Counted from the stretch's first letter, positions 46,932 through 56,502 are shown. The stretch: DNA of 64,000 nt from Gammaproteobacteria bacterium (GCA_963662545.2 CAXXLL010000002.1:1088001-1152000); one strand, 5' to 3'. Notes: generated by a model from the letters alone, not told the origin. Numbers and translations are program-made.

Positions 46932-47227
46932 TGTCCATCAATAAATGTCAATATTTCTCTCGCAAAGACGCGAAGAAAGCAGTTGGTATTATTTCAATAT
47001 CAATCCTTTATCACTTAGGGAACCTCTGAATAAGTCATGGCACATCTGCCTTGCCCATGAAATCGCGCAGCTCTGTGTTACGAACCTTGCCAATAGTCCC
47101 CGCTATGGCCTGCGCTTCGTGCCTTGATCTGCACCATTGCATGAACCATTCAGACGCACCATGACTTATTCAGAGGTTCCTTAGCGATCTTTGCGTCTTG
47201 GCGAGAGTCATTCTTTTCGGATGGACA
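46932..47227. repeat. Nested palindromic host repeat surrounding MITE A copy 3
   Basis: Outer IR TGTCCATC / GATGGACA; inner 18/20 IR CTCTCGCAAAGACGCGAAGA / TCTTTGCGTCTTGGCGAGAG. Confidence 0.65.
47019..47180. mobile_element. MITE family A copy 3
   Basis: Perfect TIR GGAACCTCTGAATAAGTCATGG / CCATGACTTATTCAGAGGTTCC with TTAG TSD. Confidence 0.9.
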
Positions 47228-47270
47228 TCAATTAGAGCCTGTCTCTAAACTCGGGACGGCGCACTAGCCG

Positions 47271-48368
47271 CTATCCCTTCCGCCAGACCATGTACGCGCT
47301 CAGCAGTCGAAAAACGGTTTTTTCGATCGCGTTGCTGCGGATCGGAAGCGGGGGATCGGTTACTTTCAGTAACTGTTTGCCGAGATTTTCCCCGGTAAAC
47401 AGCCGGGTCAAGGTTTTCGGGATGTTGTCGAATCCGTGCTGCATGTCGATTTCTTGAATGATTTTGCCGTCTTCGATCCACTTGTTGAGACACAGCAGGC
47501 CCTCGACGGCGCGGTCCAAATAATCGAGGATGAGGAACCCTTGGGCCGTCGCTCGCCTGATAATGAGGGACACGTAATTCTTGACGCCGTACATATCGTC
47601 TGGATTGTTGTATTGCGAGATCGCGCCGCAGACAATGATCCGCGCGTTCAAGGCTAGGTGCATCAACACTTCGTCAAGAATTTCGCCGCCGACGTTATCG
47701 AAGTAGACGTCGACGCCGTCCGGACAGAGTGCGGTAAGCCGTTCGCCGACGTTTTCATTCTTGTAATCGATCGCGGCGTCGAACTTGGCTGTTTCGGTAA
47801 GCCAGTTGCACTTCTCCGGCCCGCCCGCGATGCCGATCACGCGGCATCCCTTGAGCTTCGCAATCTGGCCGGCAACCGAGCCGGTCGCTCCCGCTGCGCC
47901 GCTGATGAGGACCGTATCACCATGCTTCGGCTTACCGACATCCAGCAAGCCGAAGTATGCCGTCAAGCCCGTGAGCGACAGCGCGAGTAGTAACGCGGGG
48001 TCGATGTGGGCCGGCATCTTGGTGACCGGCACGAATCCGCGCTCGTCCGGATCAATAACGATATATTCCTGCCACCCACAGAAGTAATTGATCAAATCGC
48101 CGGCTTTGAATTTGGGATGCCGGGACTCGATAACCTGCGCAATGCCGCCGGCACGCATCGGTTCTCCGAGTTCCACCGCGGGGATGTAGGTGTCCATGGC
48201 CATCCACGCGCGCTGGGTCGGATCGAACGATAGATAAAGCGTCTGAGCCAGTATCTGGCGATCGGCGAGTTCGGGCACCGGTGATTCCACGAGTTCGAAG
48301 AGAGACGGGTCGACCATGCCTTCCGGACGCCTTTTCAGAATCCACTGCCGATTGGTTCGTGTTTGCAT
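47271..48368 (-). CDS. NADP-dependent oxidoreductase (prostaglandin reductase/CurA-like MDR)
   Basis: RPEG, YLSFDP, TGLTAYFGL, SGAAGATGS, YFDNVGG, CGAISQY, G.NLGK. Confidence 0.93.
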   Translation of the reverse strand: MQTRTNRQWILKRRPEGMVDPSLFELVESPVPELADRQILAQTLYLSFDPTQRAWMAMDTYIPAVELGEPMRAGGIAQVIESRHPKFKAGDLINYFCGWQEYIVIDPDERGFVPVTKMPAHIDPALLLALSLTGLTAYFGLLDVGKPKHGDTVLISGAAGATGSVAGQIAKLKGCRVIGIAGGPEKCNWLTETAKFDAAIDYKNENVGERLTALCPDGVDVYFDNVGGEILDEVLMHLALNARIIVCGAISQYNNPDDMYGVKNYVSLIIRRATAQGFLILDYLDRAVEGLLCLNKWIEDGKIIQEIDMQHGFDNIPKTLTRLFTGENLGKQLLKVTDPPLPIRSNAIEKTVFRLLSAYMVWRKG

Positions 48369-48578
48369 GTCTACCTCACCTGCACTCGAGCCTGTGCGTT
48401 CAATTCACTTATTGCACATCATAATGCGCGACTGTGTTCGGCGTCTGTTCCATGCATTGAAACATAGTCGTGGAGGACCGAGGCAAGTATGCTTGCCTTG
48501 TTCAGGATTGTAGTCAGGGAATCGATTGAATCAACACGTTCGATTCCGCATTTCAAGCCGGTCGGGCGGGGAGGGATA

Positions 48579-49709
48579 ATGTCGGAACCCAACGATGCGG
48601 ATCTCATCGCGGGCGATGCTGCCGAAAGTCCATCGATAAACACGATCCCGTTTGTATTCGAAGGCAAGGGGGGCGAGTACTTCGGGATCTGGATCACCAA
48701 TATATTCCTCACCGTCCTAACTCTCGGCATCTACTCGGCCTGGGCCAAGGTGCGGAACCTGCGCTACTTCTACCGCAGCACCAGCCTCGACGGCGCGCAT
48801 TTCGACTTTCACGCGAATCCGGTCGCGATCCTCAAAGGACGCCTCATCGCAGTCGCTTTCTTTATCCTGTTCGCCGTAGTCTCCGAATTGTCACCGATTG
48901 GAGGCCTCGTTCTAACGGTAGTACTCGCACTTGCCATTCCATGGATCATCGTGCGCGCACTCAAGTTCCGGTTCGCCAATACCTCATATCGAAACCTGCG
49001 TTTTGGATTCGACGGGAGTTATTCGGGCGCGATGAAAGAGTACCTGTTAATGCCCTTGTTGCTGATCCCGTCGCTCGGCCTGCTGTGGCCTTACATCCGC
49101 TATCGCCAGCAGCGATATATCGTATCGAATGTCCGCTATGGCAGGTCCAAGGCAGGCTTTACCGGGCCCTGGATCCCGTGGTTTATTGCGGGCGTTCCGC
49201 TGGTTCTCGTCGCGCTGCTGGGCTTCGCCGTCCCCGCTATTTACGTTGCGATCAAGCTTCAGGCGGCGCTCGCGAGCGCCGCAGCGTCCGCCGAGGAAGC
49301 CGACGGCCAGGTAGTGATCAATACCGACGGCATGGAGGCCGATCCCTTCGCCGAAATGGGGCCGATCTTCGTGTTGGCCATCCTGGCGTTCTACCTTGCG
49401 CTCCCGTATTACATCGTGAAGACGAGGAATCTATTGTTCGAAGCGACGTCGATCGGCGCCCATCACTTCGAATCGACCATGAGAACATTCAAATACATGG
49501 GCGTCGTGCTATTGAATCTTTTCATCGTAATTTTCACTTTTGGATTCGGAATCCCACTGGCCAAGGTCATCATGGCCAAATACAAGGCCGAGACGCTGAC
49601 CCTGATCTGTGAAGGCGATCTCGATCAATTCGTCGCGCAGGAACAGGAGGCCGTGAAGGCACTCGGCGAGGAACTCGGAGAGGCGTTTGATATCGATATC
49701 GATATATGA
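48579..49709 (+). CDS. YjgN/DUF898-family inner membrane protein
   Basis: F.G.GGEYFGIWI.N..LT.LTLGIYSAWAKVR..RYFY, IL.GRL, NTSYRNLRF.F. Confidence 0.93.
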   Translation: MSEPNDADLIAGDAAESPSINTIPFVFEGKGGEYFGIWITNIFLTVLTLGIYSAWAKVRNLRYFYRSTSLDGAHFDFHANPVAILKGRLIAVAFFILFAVVSELSPIGGLVLTVVLALAIPWIIVRALKFRFANTSYRNLRFGFDGSYSGAMKEYLLMPLLLIPSLGLLWPYIRYRQQRYIVSNVRYGRSKAGFTGPWIPWFIAGVPLVLVALLGFAVPAIYVAIKLQAALASAAASAEEADGQVVINTDGMEADPFAEMGPIFVLAILAFYLALPYYIVKTRNLLFEATSIGAHHFESTMRTFKYMGVVLLNLFIVIFTFGFGIPLAKVIMAKYKAETLTLICEGDLDQFVAQEQEAVKALGEELGEAFDIDIDI

Positions 49710-50791
49710 GTGAAGCGCTGCAAGGAATTTGGTATGACGGTAACTCGTCGCGTGCTGTCACTGCCGAACTGCAGGTAAGCGGGATCGAAACCCTCGTACT
49801 AAAGGCAGGCGAAGCGCAATACAGCGCGGCCTTAAGTGAAGTCACCGTCGCTGCGCGGTTAGGGAATTCGCCGCGCCGCATAGATTTCCCCAATGGCGGC
49901 GCGTTCGAAACATCCGACAACGATGCCGTCGATCGACTCGTCCTCACGACTGGCAACTCCTCCCACACTTGGCTGCGGCGGTTTGAAACGAGCTGGCGAT
50001 TGTTGGCGGCGGCGGCAGTCATTTTGGCGATGGTGGCCTGGGGCGTATTTCAGCACGGCATTCCGGCCGCGGCCAAGAACATGGCCGCCATCATTCCGCC
50101 TGCGGTCCTCGAATCGCTGGGCGCCCAGACGCTGGCCGGTATCGATCGTGTCGGTCTCGACGAGACGCGATTGCCAGCCGCCCGCCGCGTGGAGATTTCG
50201 AATCAATTCGACATCGTGGTCGCAGCTGCGGCAATGAATGACGTCGATTGTCGCGTCGAGTTCCGCTCGGCGAAAGCCACGTTCGGGCCCAACGCCTTTG
50301 CCCTGCCGCCCTGTGTCATCATCGTAACGGACGAGTTGGTTGAGCTTGCACAAAACGATGCCGAGCTGACCGCGGTCATTGCCCACGAAGTCGGCCACAT
50401 CAAGTACCGACATTCGTTGCGGCGCATCATCCAGGACACCTTTCTGACGTTCATTTTCATGTTGATGACCGGGGACAGCACACAGATTTCCGCGACACTT
50501 GCGGCGGCACCCGCATTACTGTTGGAACTCGGGTACGCACGGGATTTCGAGCGTGAAGCAGATGCATTCGCGGCCGCATACATGCGCGCGGCCGACATAC
50601 CCCTGCGCGCGTTTCCCGACATTCTCGAGCGCATGGAACGCTGGTATCCGAAAGACGAATGTACGGGCGAAGATTGTCCCGCGCTGGACATATCGGATGA
50701 TGGTGCGAGTTTTCTGGATTACTTCTCTACGCACCCCGCGACCAGCGAACGCGCGTCTATGTTCGCAGTCGACGGTGGGCTCGGAAAATGA
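49706..50791 (+). CDS. M48-family zinc metallopeptidase
   Basis: PNAFALP, AHEVGH, Y.R.FEREAD, STHP...R; overlaps the YjgN stop. Confidence 0.93.
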   Translation: MSEALQGIWYDGNSSRAVTAELQVSGIETLVLKAGEAQYSAALSEVTVAARLGNSPRRIDFPNGGAFETSDNDAVDRLVLTTGNSSHTWLRRFETSWRLLAAAAVILAMVAWGVFQHGIPAAAKNMAAIIPPAVLESLGAQTLAGIDRVGLDETRLPAARRVEISNQFDIVVAAAAMNDVDCRVEFRSAKATFGPNAFALPPCVIIVTDELVELAQNDAELTAVIAHEVGHIKYRHSLRRIIQDTFLTFIFMLMTGDSTQISATLAAAPALLLELGYARDFEREADAFAAAYMRAADIPLRAFPDILERMERWYPKDECTGEDCPALDISDDGASFLDYFSTHPATSERASMFAVDGGLGK

Positions 50792-50842
50792 CCGGCGCGA
50801 AAAGCATGGAAGAAGGCCTTTCTTCCTGTATCCTTTTCCGCC

Positions 50843-52801
50843 GTGTCGTCGATCCATAATCCCGGAGAATTTCCGCCGTTCGCGCCGGCGCCCAACGCGG
50901 TGGTGATCGACGCGATGGTGGACGATTTCAAACGTCGCCGGGTACGGGTGGCGTCCTGGGTGTTCATCGTCACTGTGTCGCTCGCCTTAACTGCGAATTT
51001 TCTCCGTCCTCCGGTATACCGCGCGATCGCGTTGATTGAAATTGAGCCGCCGGCCTCGCAGCCTGAAGCGTCGCTGACGGTGCTGCTGGGCAGGGAGCGC
51101 GAGCGCATCACCAGCGAAAGCATATTGAGGGACATCGACAGGCGACTCGGCGATTCGATATTTTCCAGCGACATCGGCAATGCGCGCAGATCCGGCTTGG
51201 AGCTGGAGGCGGAAATCGCCGTGGACACGAATCTGATCAGGCTTTCTGCTTACGGACGGAAACCGGACATCCTGCCTCTCATCGTGAACACCTGGGTTGC
51301 GGTGTATCAGGACAAACTGTCTCAAACGCAGGGTGCGAACGTTGAACGAACAAAGGCGGCTCTCGATACCCAACTCGCTGAATTCGAAACGCGCATCCGG
51401 GACCAAAGATATGAAATTGACGCGTTTCGGGAGGAGCACGATATCGTTTCCCTCGACAGTGATCAGAACCGGGTGCCCGCCCGGCTCAAGGGCGTTTCGG
51501 ACGCGCTCGCCAGCGCGCGGGAGGATCAGACGGTGGCCGTCGCTGAACTCGAATCGCTGCGCCAGGCCGTGGCACAGGGGCGGCTCGTCAGTGACTCGCG
51601 GGATGAACGCGTCATTGCCGATCTGGAAGCCCGGGTTGTAGACCTGCGCGCCCAGATCCTTGATTTCGACGAGCGCTTCACCTCGGCCTACGAAGCCTAT
51701 GATCCGTCCGTGACCACCGCGAAGAAACAGCTGGCTAACATCGAGGAGGCGTTGATCGCCAGGCGGGAGGAAGCCCAACAGGCCGTGATCAGCGAGGCGG
51801 AGAAGACATTAAACAGCGCGCGCATGCGAGTGCGGGCCCTGAAGACGGAGATGGCCGAGTACCAGGGTCAGGCGACCGAGTTCCTGGGTCTTTACCAGGA
51901 GCACGAATCGCTGCAGCTCGAATTGGACGAACTCGAACAGCAGACCCAGAAGATCCGCAACGAGATCGTCGCAGCGGAAGTCGCGAACCGGAACCTCTTC
52001 CCGCGGGTTGAAGTGCTCGAACCGGCGTTTACGCCGACCGCGCCGATTCGCCCGCAGTACCTGCGGGACGCAGCGTTCGGCGTTGCGGGATCCGTTCTGC
52101 TCGCTTTGCTCGCGATGTGGGTGTACACGCGGCTCAAGAATCCCTACCGATATGCGGCAGGCGGCGTGGTCCAACAACCGAATATCCTTTCCTATCACAC
52201 GCAGATCTTAGCGCCAGGCGGTGGGGAGATGCCGCTCACCCACGACCCTGCCGGCGTTCCCGCCCTGGCTCATCAAAGTCGACGCGAACTTTCTCTCGTC
52301 GAGGTCCAGGCCATGTTCGCGGTGTGTGAAGCCGGTGAGCGCCTCCTGCTCGGCCTGCTTCTCGTCGGCCTGACCGTCGATGAAATCGGGCAGTTAACCG
52401 AAGATGCCCTCGACGTGGAGGGTGAGCGGATTCATGTTGGCGGCGCCCAAGCCCGGATCTTGCCGCTTCCGCCGTTCATACGGCGCGCCCTTGATGAAGC
52501 AGAACTGAATCGTACGGAACTTTTCGACGCGGCGGCGATACCGGCCCGGCTCGCGCAAGCGCCGTATACCGCAGGCCTCGCCGATCCGGGGTCAGTCGAT
52601 GCCGACGCGCTGCGGCATACTTACCTCTGCTTTCTCGTACGGCAGGGATTGAAATTTGACGAACTGCAGCGGATCGTGGGGCCGCTAGACGCCAGAGAGA
52701 TGCAGCGATACGGAGAGATGATGCCCCCGATGCCGGGCAAGAACGCTGCGGAAGTGACGCTCGTCTACCCGGCGCTGGCACCCTCGCCCCAGGTCGAATG
52801 A
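50843..52801 (+). CDS. GumC/Wzc-like polysaccharide co-polymerase domain fused to a degenerate tyrosine-recombinase catalytic domain
   Basis: TM1 plus PPVYRA, long coiled coil (FREEHDIVS), VLEPAFTP..PIRP plus TM2, then GLTVDEI..L...LD, R.LPLP, DALRHTY..FLV.QG, LQRIVG, QRY. Confidence 0.8.
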   Translation: MSSIHNPGEFPPFAPAPNAVVIDAMVDDFKRRRVRVASWVFIVTVSLALTANFLRPPVYRAIALIEIEPPASQPEASLTVLLGRERERITSESILRDIDRRLGDSIFSSDIGNARRSGLELEAEIAVDTNLIRLSAYGRKPDILPLIVNTWVAVYQDKLSQTQGANVERTKAALDTQLAEFETRIRDQRYEIDAFREEHDIVSLDSDQNRVPARLKGVSDALASAREDQTVAVAELESLRQAVAQGRLVSDSRDERVIADLEARVVDLRAQILDFDERFTSAYEAYDPSVTTAKKQLANIEEALIARREEAQQAVISEAEKTLNSARMRVRALKTEMAEYQGQATEFLGLYQEHESLQLELDELEQQTQKIRNEIVAAEVANRNLFPRVEVLEPAFTPTAPIRPQYLRDAAFGVAGSVLLALLAMWVYTRLKNPYRYAAGGVVQQPNILSYHTQILAPGGGEMPLTHDPAGVPALAHQSRRELSLVEVQAMFAVCEAGERLLLGLLLVGLTVDEIGQLTEDALDVEGERIHVGGAQARILPLPPFIRRALDEAELNRTELFDAAAIPARLAQAPYTAGLADPGSVDADALRHTYLCFLVRQGLKFDELQRIVGPLDAREMQRYGEMMPPMPGKNAAEVTLVYPALAPSPQVE

Positions 52802-52860
52802 GATCGCGAGTAGCGAGGGGGCGCGAATTTATATCTAAATGGTGAAGAGGAGAATGACGA

Positions 52861-53235
52861 ATGTCACCAGAAGAAACAGTCAACGCGTTTTGCGAAGCCC
52901 TTAACCGTAGCGTGGAGGAATCGCTGCAATACATTGCGAAAGATTGTGTCTACCAGAACATGCCGTTCGACGCCGTAGTCGGCCCGGAGGCGGTACGTTC
53001 GACCCTCGAGGGGTTTTTCGAAATCATAGGGCCGGTTCGTATCGAAACGGTAAAACAATGCTCGACCGGGAACTTCGTCATGAACGAACGCATCGATCAT
53101 TTCGATCCGCCTAAGGGTAAGGCTTTCGGGCTGCCAGTGTCCGGTGCCTTCGAAATCAAAGGCGGCAAGATCACGGCTTGGCGTGATTATTTCTGCATGC
53201 GGCAGTTTAGCGAGGGGACGGGCATCGAGTTTTGA
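52861..53235 (+). CDS. Limonene-1,2-epoxide hydrolase-like (NTF2/SnoaL fold)
   Basis: VYQNMP, VMNERID, LPV.G.FE...GKIT.WRDYF. Confidence 0.9.
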   Translation: MSPEETVNAFCEALNRSVEESLQYIAKDCVYQNMPFDAVVGPEAVRSTLEGFFEIIGPVRIETVKQCSTGNFVMNERIDHFDPPKGKAFGLPVSGAFEIKGGKITAWRDYFCMRQFSEGTGIEF

Positions 53236-53264
53236 GCGCGTGTTCCTCGGCATCACCGGGTGCC

Positions 53265-53297
53265 AAAAAAAGGAGCCGGGCGCAGGGAGGCCCGGCT
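53265..53297 (-). terminator. Rho-independent terminator for the small-peptide transcript
   Basis: Minus strand AGCCGGGC-loop-GCCCGGCT-CC-TTTTTTT. Confidence 0.75.
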
Positions 53298-53351
53298 TAA
53301 AGAGGGGTTCGTTGCCAAGCAGGGTTCTTCACCAGCCTGACTGCGTCGCAA

Positions 53352-53462
53352 TCAGACGATCGGCGGCACCAGGCTTGTGGCAAGCTGAAAGCTCAACAGA
53401 GCGGTCAGGGTTATCGTCGCGAGCGTGATGGTGACGGTTGAAAATCGATCGTTTCCGGTCAT
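53352..53462 (-). CDS. Small hydrophobic peptide B (36 aa)
   Basis: MTGNDRFSTVTITLATITLTALLSFQLATSLVPPIV with GGAGAG RBS 5 nt before the ATG. Confidence 0.65.
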   Translation of the reverse strand: MTGNDRFSTVTITLATITLTALLSFQLATSLVPPIV

Positions 53463-53524
53463 GTCGGCTCTCCAGGTAATTTCATTTGGTTTGAAGTCTG
53501 TGGCTTCCGTATCGGTAGTCGGAT

Positions 53525-53641
53525 TCAAAGGATAGGCGACGCGACACTGAAAGCCGTGGATATCCACAGAAGGGTCGACATGACGACCGTTGCACAGGTG
53601 GTGACGACGGCGGCGAGATTCTCTTTGTTCGTCGCGTGCAT
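53525..53641 (-). CDS. Small hydrophobic peptide A (38 aa; absent from ORF track)
   Basis: MHATNKENLAAVVTTCATVVMSTLLWISTAFSVASPIL with AGGAG RBS 7 nt before the ATG. Confidence 0.65.
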   Translation of the reverse strand: MHATNKENLAAVVTTCATVVMSTLLWISTAFSVASPIL

Positions 53642-53725
53642 GGTTTTTCTCCTGCGTTCTGCCTGTACCGGACGGCGCTTCGCGGACCGGTGGAAGGAAG
53701 TCTAGGGAAAGCCGTGCAGCGCCGA

Positions 53726-53741
53726 TGTGATAATTCCCACA
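53726..53741. promoter_or_regulatory. CRP-type operator
   Basis: TGTGA-TAATTC-CCACA, one mismatch from TGTGA-N6-TCACA, between the Crp gene stop and peptide A. Confidence 0.7.
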
Positions 53742-53799
53742 TTGGCGGCGAATGATTTCGAGCGCCGGAATCGACCGCTGCGACGGGTATCGCGTCGCT

Positions 53800-54513
53800 T
53801 CAGGCGTCGGATACGTTCTGGACCATGGCCTCCAAGTGCTTGACGTCGATCACCCGCAGGACGCCACGGGCACGCTCGATCACGCCGTTTTTCACGAGCA
53901 CGCCGATCTCCTTGGTCACCGCTTCGCGATGCGTGCTGACGCGGCTCGCGATGTCGGCATGGGTCGGGGCCGGACGGATCTCGGCCTGGTTGCCCTCGAT
54001 ACCGTGTTGCCGGGCCAATCGCAACAGCTCTGCGTGGATCCGGTTATTGACGCCTAAGGTCGACAGTTCGACGACGCGATCGCTCAAGGAACGGATACGC
54101 GACGCCAGTTGTACGAAGATCTTGGTGCCAACTGCAGGATAGCGAGTCGCGATATCGAGAAAATCGTGGGCCTTGATCGCGCCGACGAAGACCTCGCTAA
54201 GTGCCTCGACCTCGGCCGAGCGCGGACGCCCGTCGATTGCCGAGAGTTCACCGAAACACTCACCGGCATACTGATCGCGAAACTGGACGTCCTTGCCGGG
54301 CTTGGAGTGAAACGTGACCCGCACGGTTCCGCTGACGATGAAGAAGACGTCGGTCTCGTCACCGCGCTGCATGACGATGCGCTCGCCGGCCTTGAAGTAG
54401 CCGCCCTGGCACTGCCGCGCAATCGTCGTTCGATCCTCGGGCGTCATGCCGCGGAACAAATCAACCGCAAGCAGGGTTTCCGCGCCGATGATGGCGTTTT
54501 GACTCGAATTCAT
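53800..54513 (-). CDS. Crp/Fnr-family transcriptional regulator
   Basis: cNMP pocket FGELSAIDG.PRSA; HTH THADIASRVSTHREAVTK. Confidence 0.95.
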   Translation of the reverse strand: MNSSQNAIIGAETLLAVDLFRGMTPEDRTTIARQCQGGYFKAGERIVMQRGDETDVFFIVSGTVRVTFHSKPGKDVQFRDQYAGECFGELSAIDGRPRSAEVEALSEVFVGAIKAHDFLDIATRYPAVGTKIFVQLASRIRSLSDRVVELSTLGVNNRIHAELLRLARQHGIEGNQAEIRPAPTHADIASRVSTHREAVTKEIGVLVKNGVIERARGVLRVIDVKHLEAMVQNVSDA

Positions 54514-54731
54514 CGGTTGATTGTCCCTTCTTCCAAATGCCTGCCGGTAATTTCATGTCGGTCGCGTTTGTGACGTCGCAGAATCATAACTGCAAGCGGC
54601 GGGCGACGGTCATCGGCGTGTTCGGGGTAAAGACCGGGTTACTCGGAGTAATATACCGGCAAAGGGCCCGGTAGTTGATTTCGAAAATACCGATGGATTC
54701 GCTTGCCGCAATGACTTTCGACATCTGATAG

Positions 54732-55283
54732 ATGGCCGATTCCTCGAACGGCACAACGACAAGGCTTATTCGCCTGGCGGCGGTCGACGGCCATCGTATC
54801 GATACCAACGGTGCGTCATCCGTTCAGGTCGCCTTGCAGCGAAGTCCCGACGATACACCGCCGTTTCCGATCGATGCCATCGTCCTCGAGGAAGACACTG
54901 GGCTCGTGCTCAATGCGGAGCTCGACATCAGGGACGACGGTGGCCACCCGATCCGCATCATGACGAATCTCTACGACTTTGAGGCCGCGCAAGTGGGCGA
55001 GGTGATCGTTCGAGGCCGGAACCCGTATCGTTTTCTCGCCGTTGTGCACGACTTCGAACGCGAACCCGCCTGCCGCGAAGCTTGGGTCGTGGGCGCGTTG
55101 AGGAATACCCTAAAAAAATGCGTTGAACTACGGATCCGAGCGCTTGGTATGCAAATGCTGGGCACGCGTTTCGGACCGTTCACGAGGGCTTGGTTCATCC
55201 AGCAACTGGAATCGGAACTCGCCGCATTCGCGCTTGGGCGGCTCGATCGAATCTGGTTGATGGACGAGCCAGACGACGCTTGA
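54732..55283 (+). CDS. Hypothetical protein, possible macrodomain-like fold
   Basis: IDAIV, GEVIV, FLAVVH, AL...L.......IRALGM..LGT..G pattern. Confidence 0.5.
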   Translation: MADSSNGTTTRLIRLAAVDGHRIDTNGASSVQVALQRSPDDTPPFPIDAIVLEEDTGLVLNAELDIRDDGGHPIRIMTNLYDFEAAQVGEVIVRGRNPYRFLAVVHDFEREPACREAWVVGALRNTLKKCVELRIRALGMQMLGTRFGPFTRAWFIQQLESELAAFALGRLDRIWLMDEPDDA

Positions 55284-55294
55284 ACGGCGCCTAA

Positions 55295-55337
55295 CAGGAT
55301 GTTGAAAAACGATTTCCTATCGTTTTTCAACCGCCTG
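55295..55337. mobile_element. Minimal 43-bp MITE family C copy
   Basis: CAGGATGTTGAAAAACGA..TCGTTTTTCAACCGCCTG with CTAA on both sides, between convergent genes. Confidence 0.75.
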
Positions 55338-55344
55338 CTAATTG

Positions 55345-56343
55345 CTAACGTATCGCCACCGGGTTGATGATCATTTGTACAGCCCCTTTCAAGCGCGCCT
55401 GTCCGAGCACGAACATGAACTCCCAGGCTTCGTCATCGACGAGTTCGCGTGTGACGATGTTCTCGAGAACGTATATACCATTCTTGGGCAGGAGTTCGAC
55501 GTGTACGGGTAGATAATCCCCTTCTATTTCGGCGGGCATGACTTCCGTACCGTAAGTATCGGCGCCGATCGCAACCGGATTATGTTTTACGAGAAATTTC
55601 GCACCCCCGACGCCGAGACCTGGGATCGATTCCATGAAGCGTGCGCTGTCGATGTCCGCCATTTCCATGTAACCGGTGTGCAGCAGTATGACGTCGCCCT
55701 TGCCGAGGGCGATACCCTGACGCGTCAGCGCGCCCTGAATTTCTACCTCGTTGATCGGCGTGCCTTCTTTCAACATTTCGAACCCGCCGACGGTCATGAC
55801 TTTATCAGGCGCCGCCTGCCTCATGTAGGCAACGATATCGAGCACGATGCCGCGCGCGACGATCGGCGGGATCTGATCGGTGCTGAGCGACTTCAAGCCG
55901 GACGGTGTAAAAAAGTCGCTGACATGATTGCCGTTGTAATAAACGTGATCCACACCGAGGTGTCCGAGGCCGTCGATTTGCGATCCTACGCCCATGAAGA
56001 CGAGCGCCCAATCGTCGTTGGCGGTTATGCGGCTGGATCCAAGGGGCTCGCTGGTGCCGTTGAAGATGCCGCCGTGAGAGACGGCAAAGAGACGGAAAGT
56101 GCGGGCGCCAAAGGCCGGCGTATCGCGGCTCGTGACCTGGCCCAGGGCATAACGCTGGCCGGTCTTCACGAGCTTTGCAGCCGCCAGGATGCTTGCCGGC
56201 GTGATCTCGTTGACGGCGCCCAGGGTGTCGTCCTTGCCCCACTTGGACGGATACCAGTCCTCGGCGGCGGCGGGTCCGAAGAACAAATGCGCAACCAGGG
56301 CGCAAACGAGCGGTGCAATGCGTGGTAGTGAGGCGTGAGTCAT
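55345..56343 (-). CDS. Secreted cyclase-family (kynurenine formamidase-like) protein
   Basis: Signal peptide, SKWG.DD.LGA.N, GSQIDGLGH, YYNG, GD.ILLHTG, PG, H..LL...G.Y.LEN, NPVAI. Confidence 0.88.
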   Translation of the reverse strand: MTHASLPRIAPLVCALVAHLFFGPAAAEDWYPSKWGKDDTLGAVNEITPASILAAAKLVKTGQRYALGQVTSRDTPAFGARTFRLFAVSHGGIFNGTSEPLGSSRITANDDWALVFMGVGSQIDGLGHLGVDHVYYNGNHVSDFFTPSGLKSLSTDQIPPIVARGIVLDIVAYMRQAAPDKVMTVGGFEMLKEGTPINEVEIQGALTRQGIALGKGDVILLHTGYMEMADIDSARFMESIPGLGVGGAKFLVKHNPVAIGADTYGTEVMPAEIEGDYLPVHVELLPKNGIYVLENIVTRELVDDEAWEFMFVLGQARLKGAVQMIINPVAIR

Positions 56344-56502
56344 TTTCGTTTTTCTCCTGCTAGGGGCGGATCGATCATATCGGCTGCGTCGATCGGCGAT
56401 CAAGAAGGGTGGTCGAGCCCGATTTCTACCTATTTGCCTGCAAGCAGGCGAACCGAAACTCGTCTCAGCTTTCGAATCAGCAATTGACGTGGCGTTCCCA
56501 GC

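Noticed and set aside
52280-52801. Integrase-like tail as the recombinase for the cassette array or a prophage boundary
   Set aside because: Three catalytic residues are substituted, it lacks the core-binding domain, is membrane-fused and lies about 25 kb from the array. No phage genes or att-tRNA.
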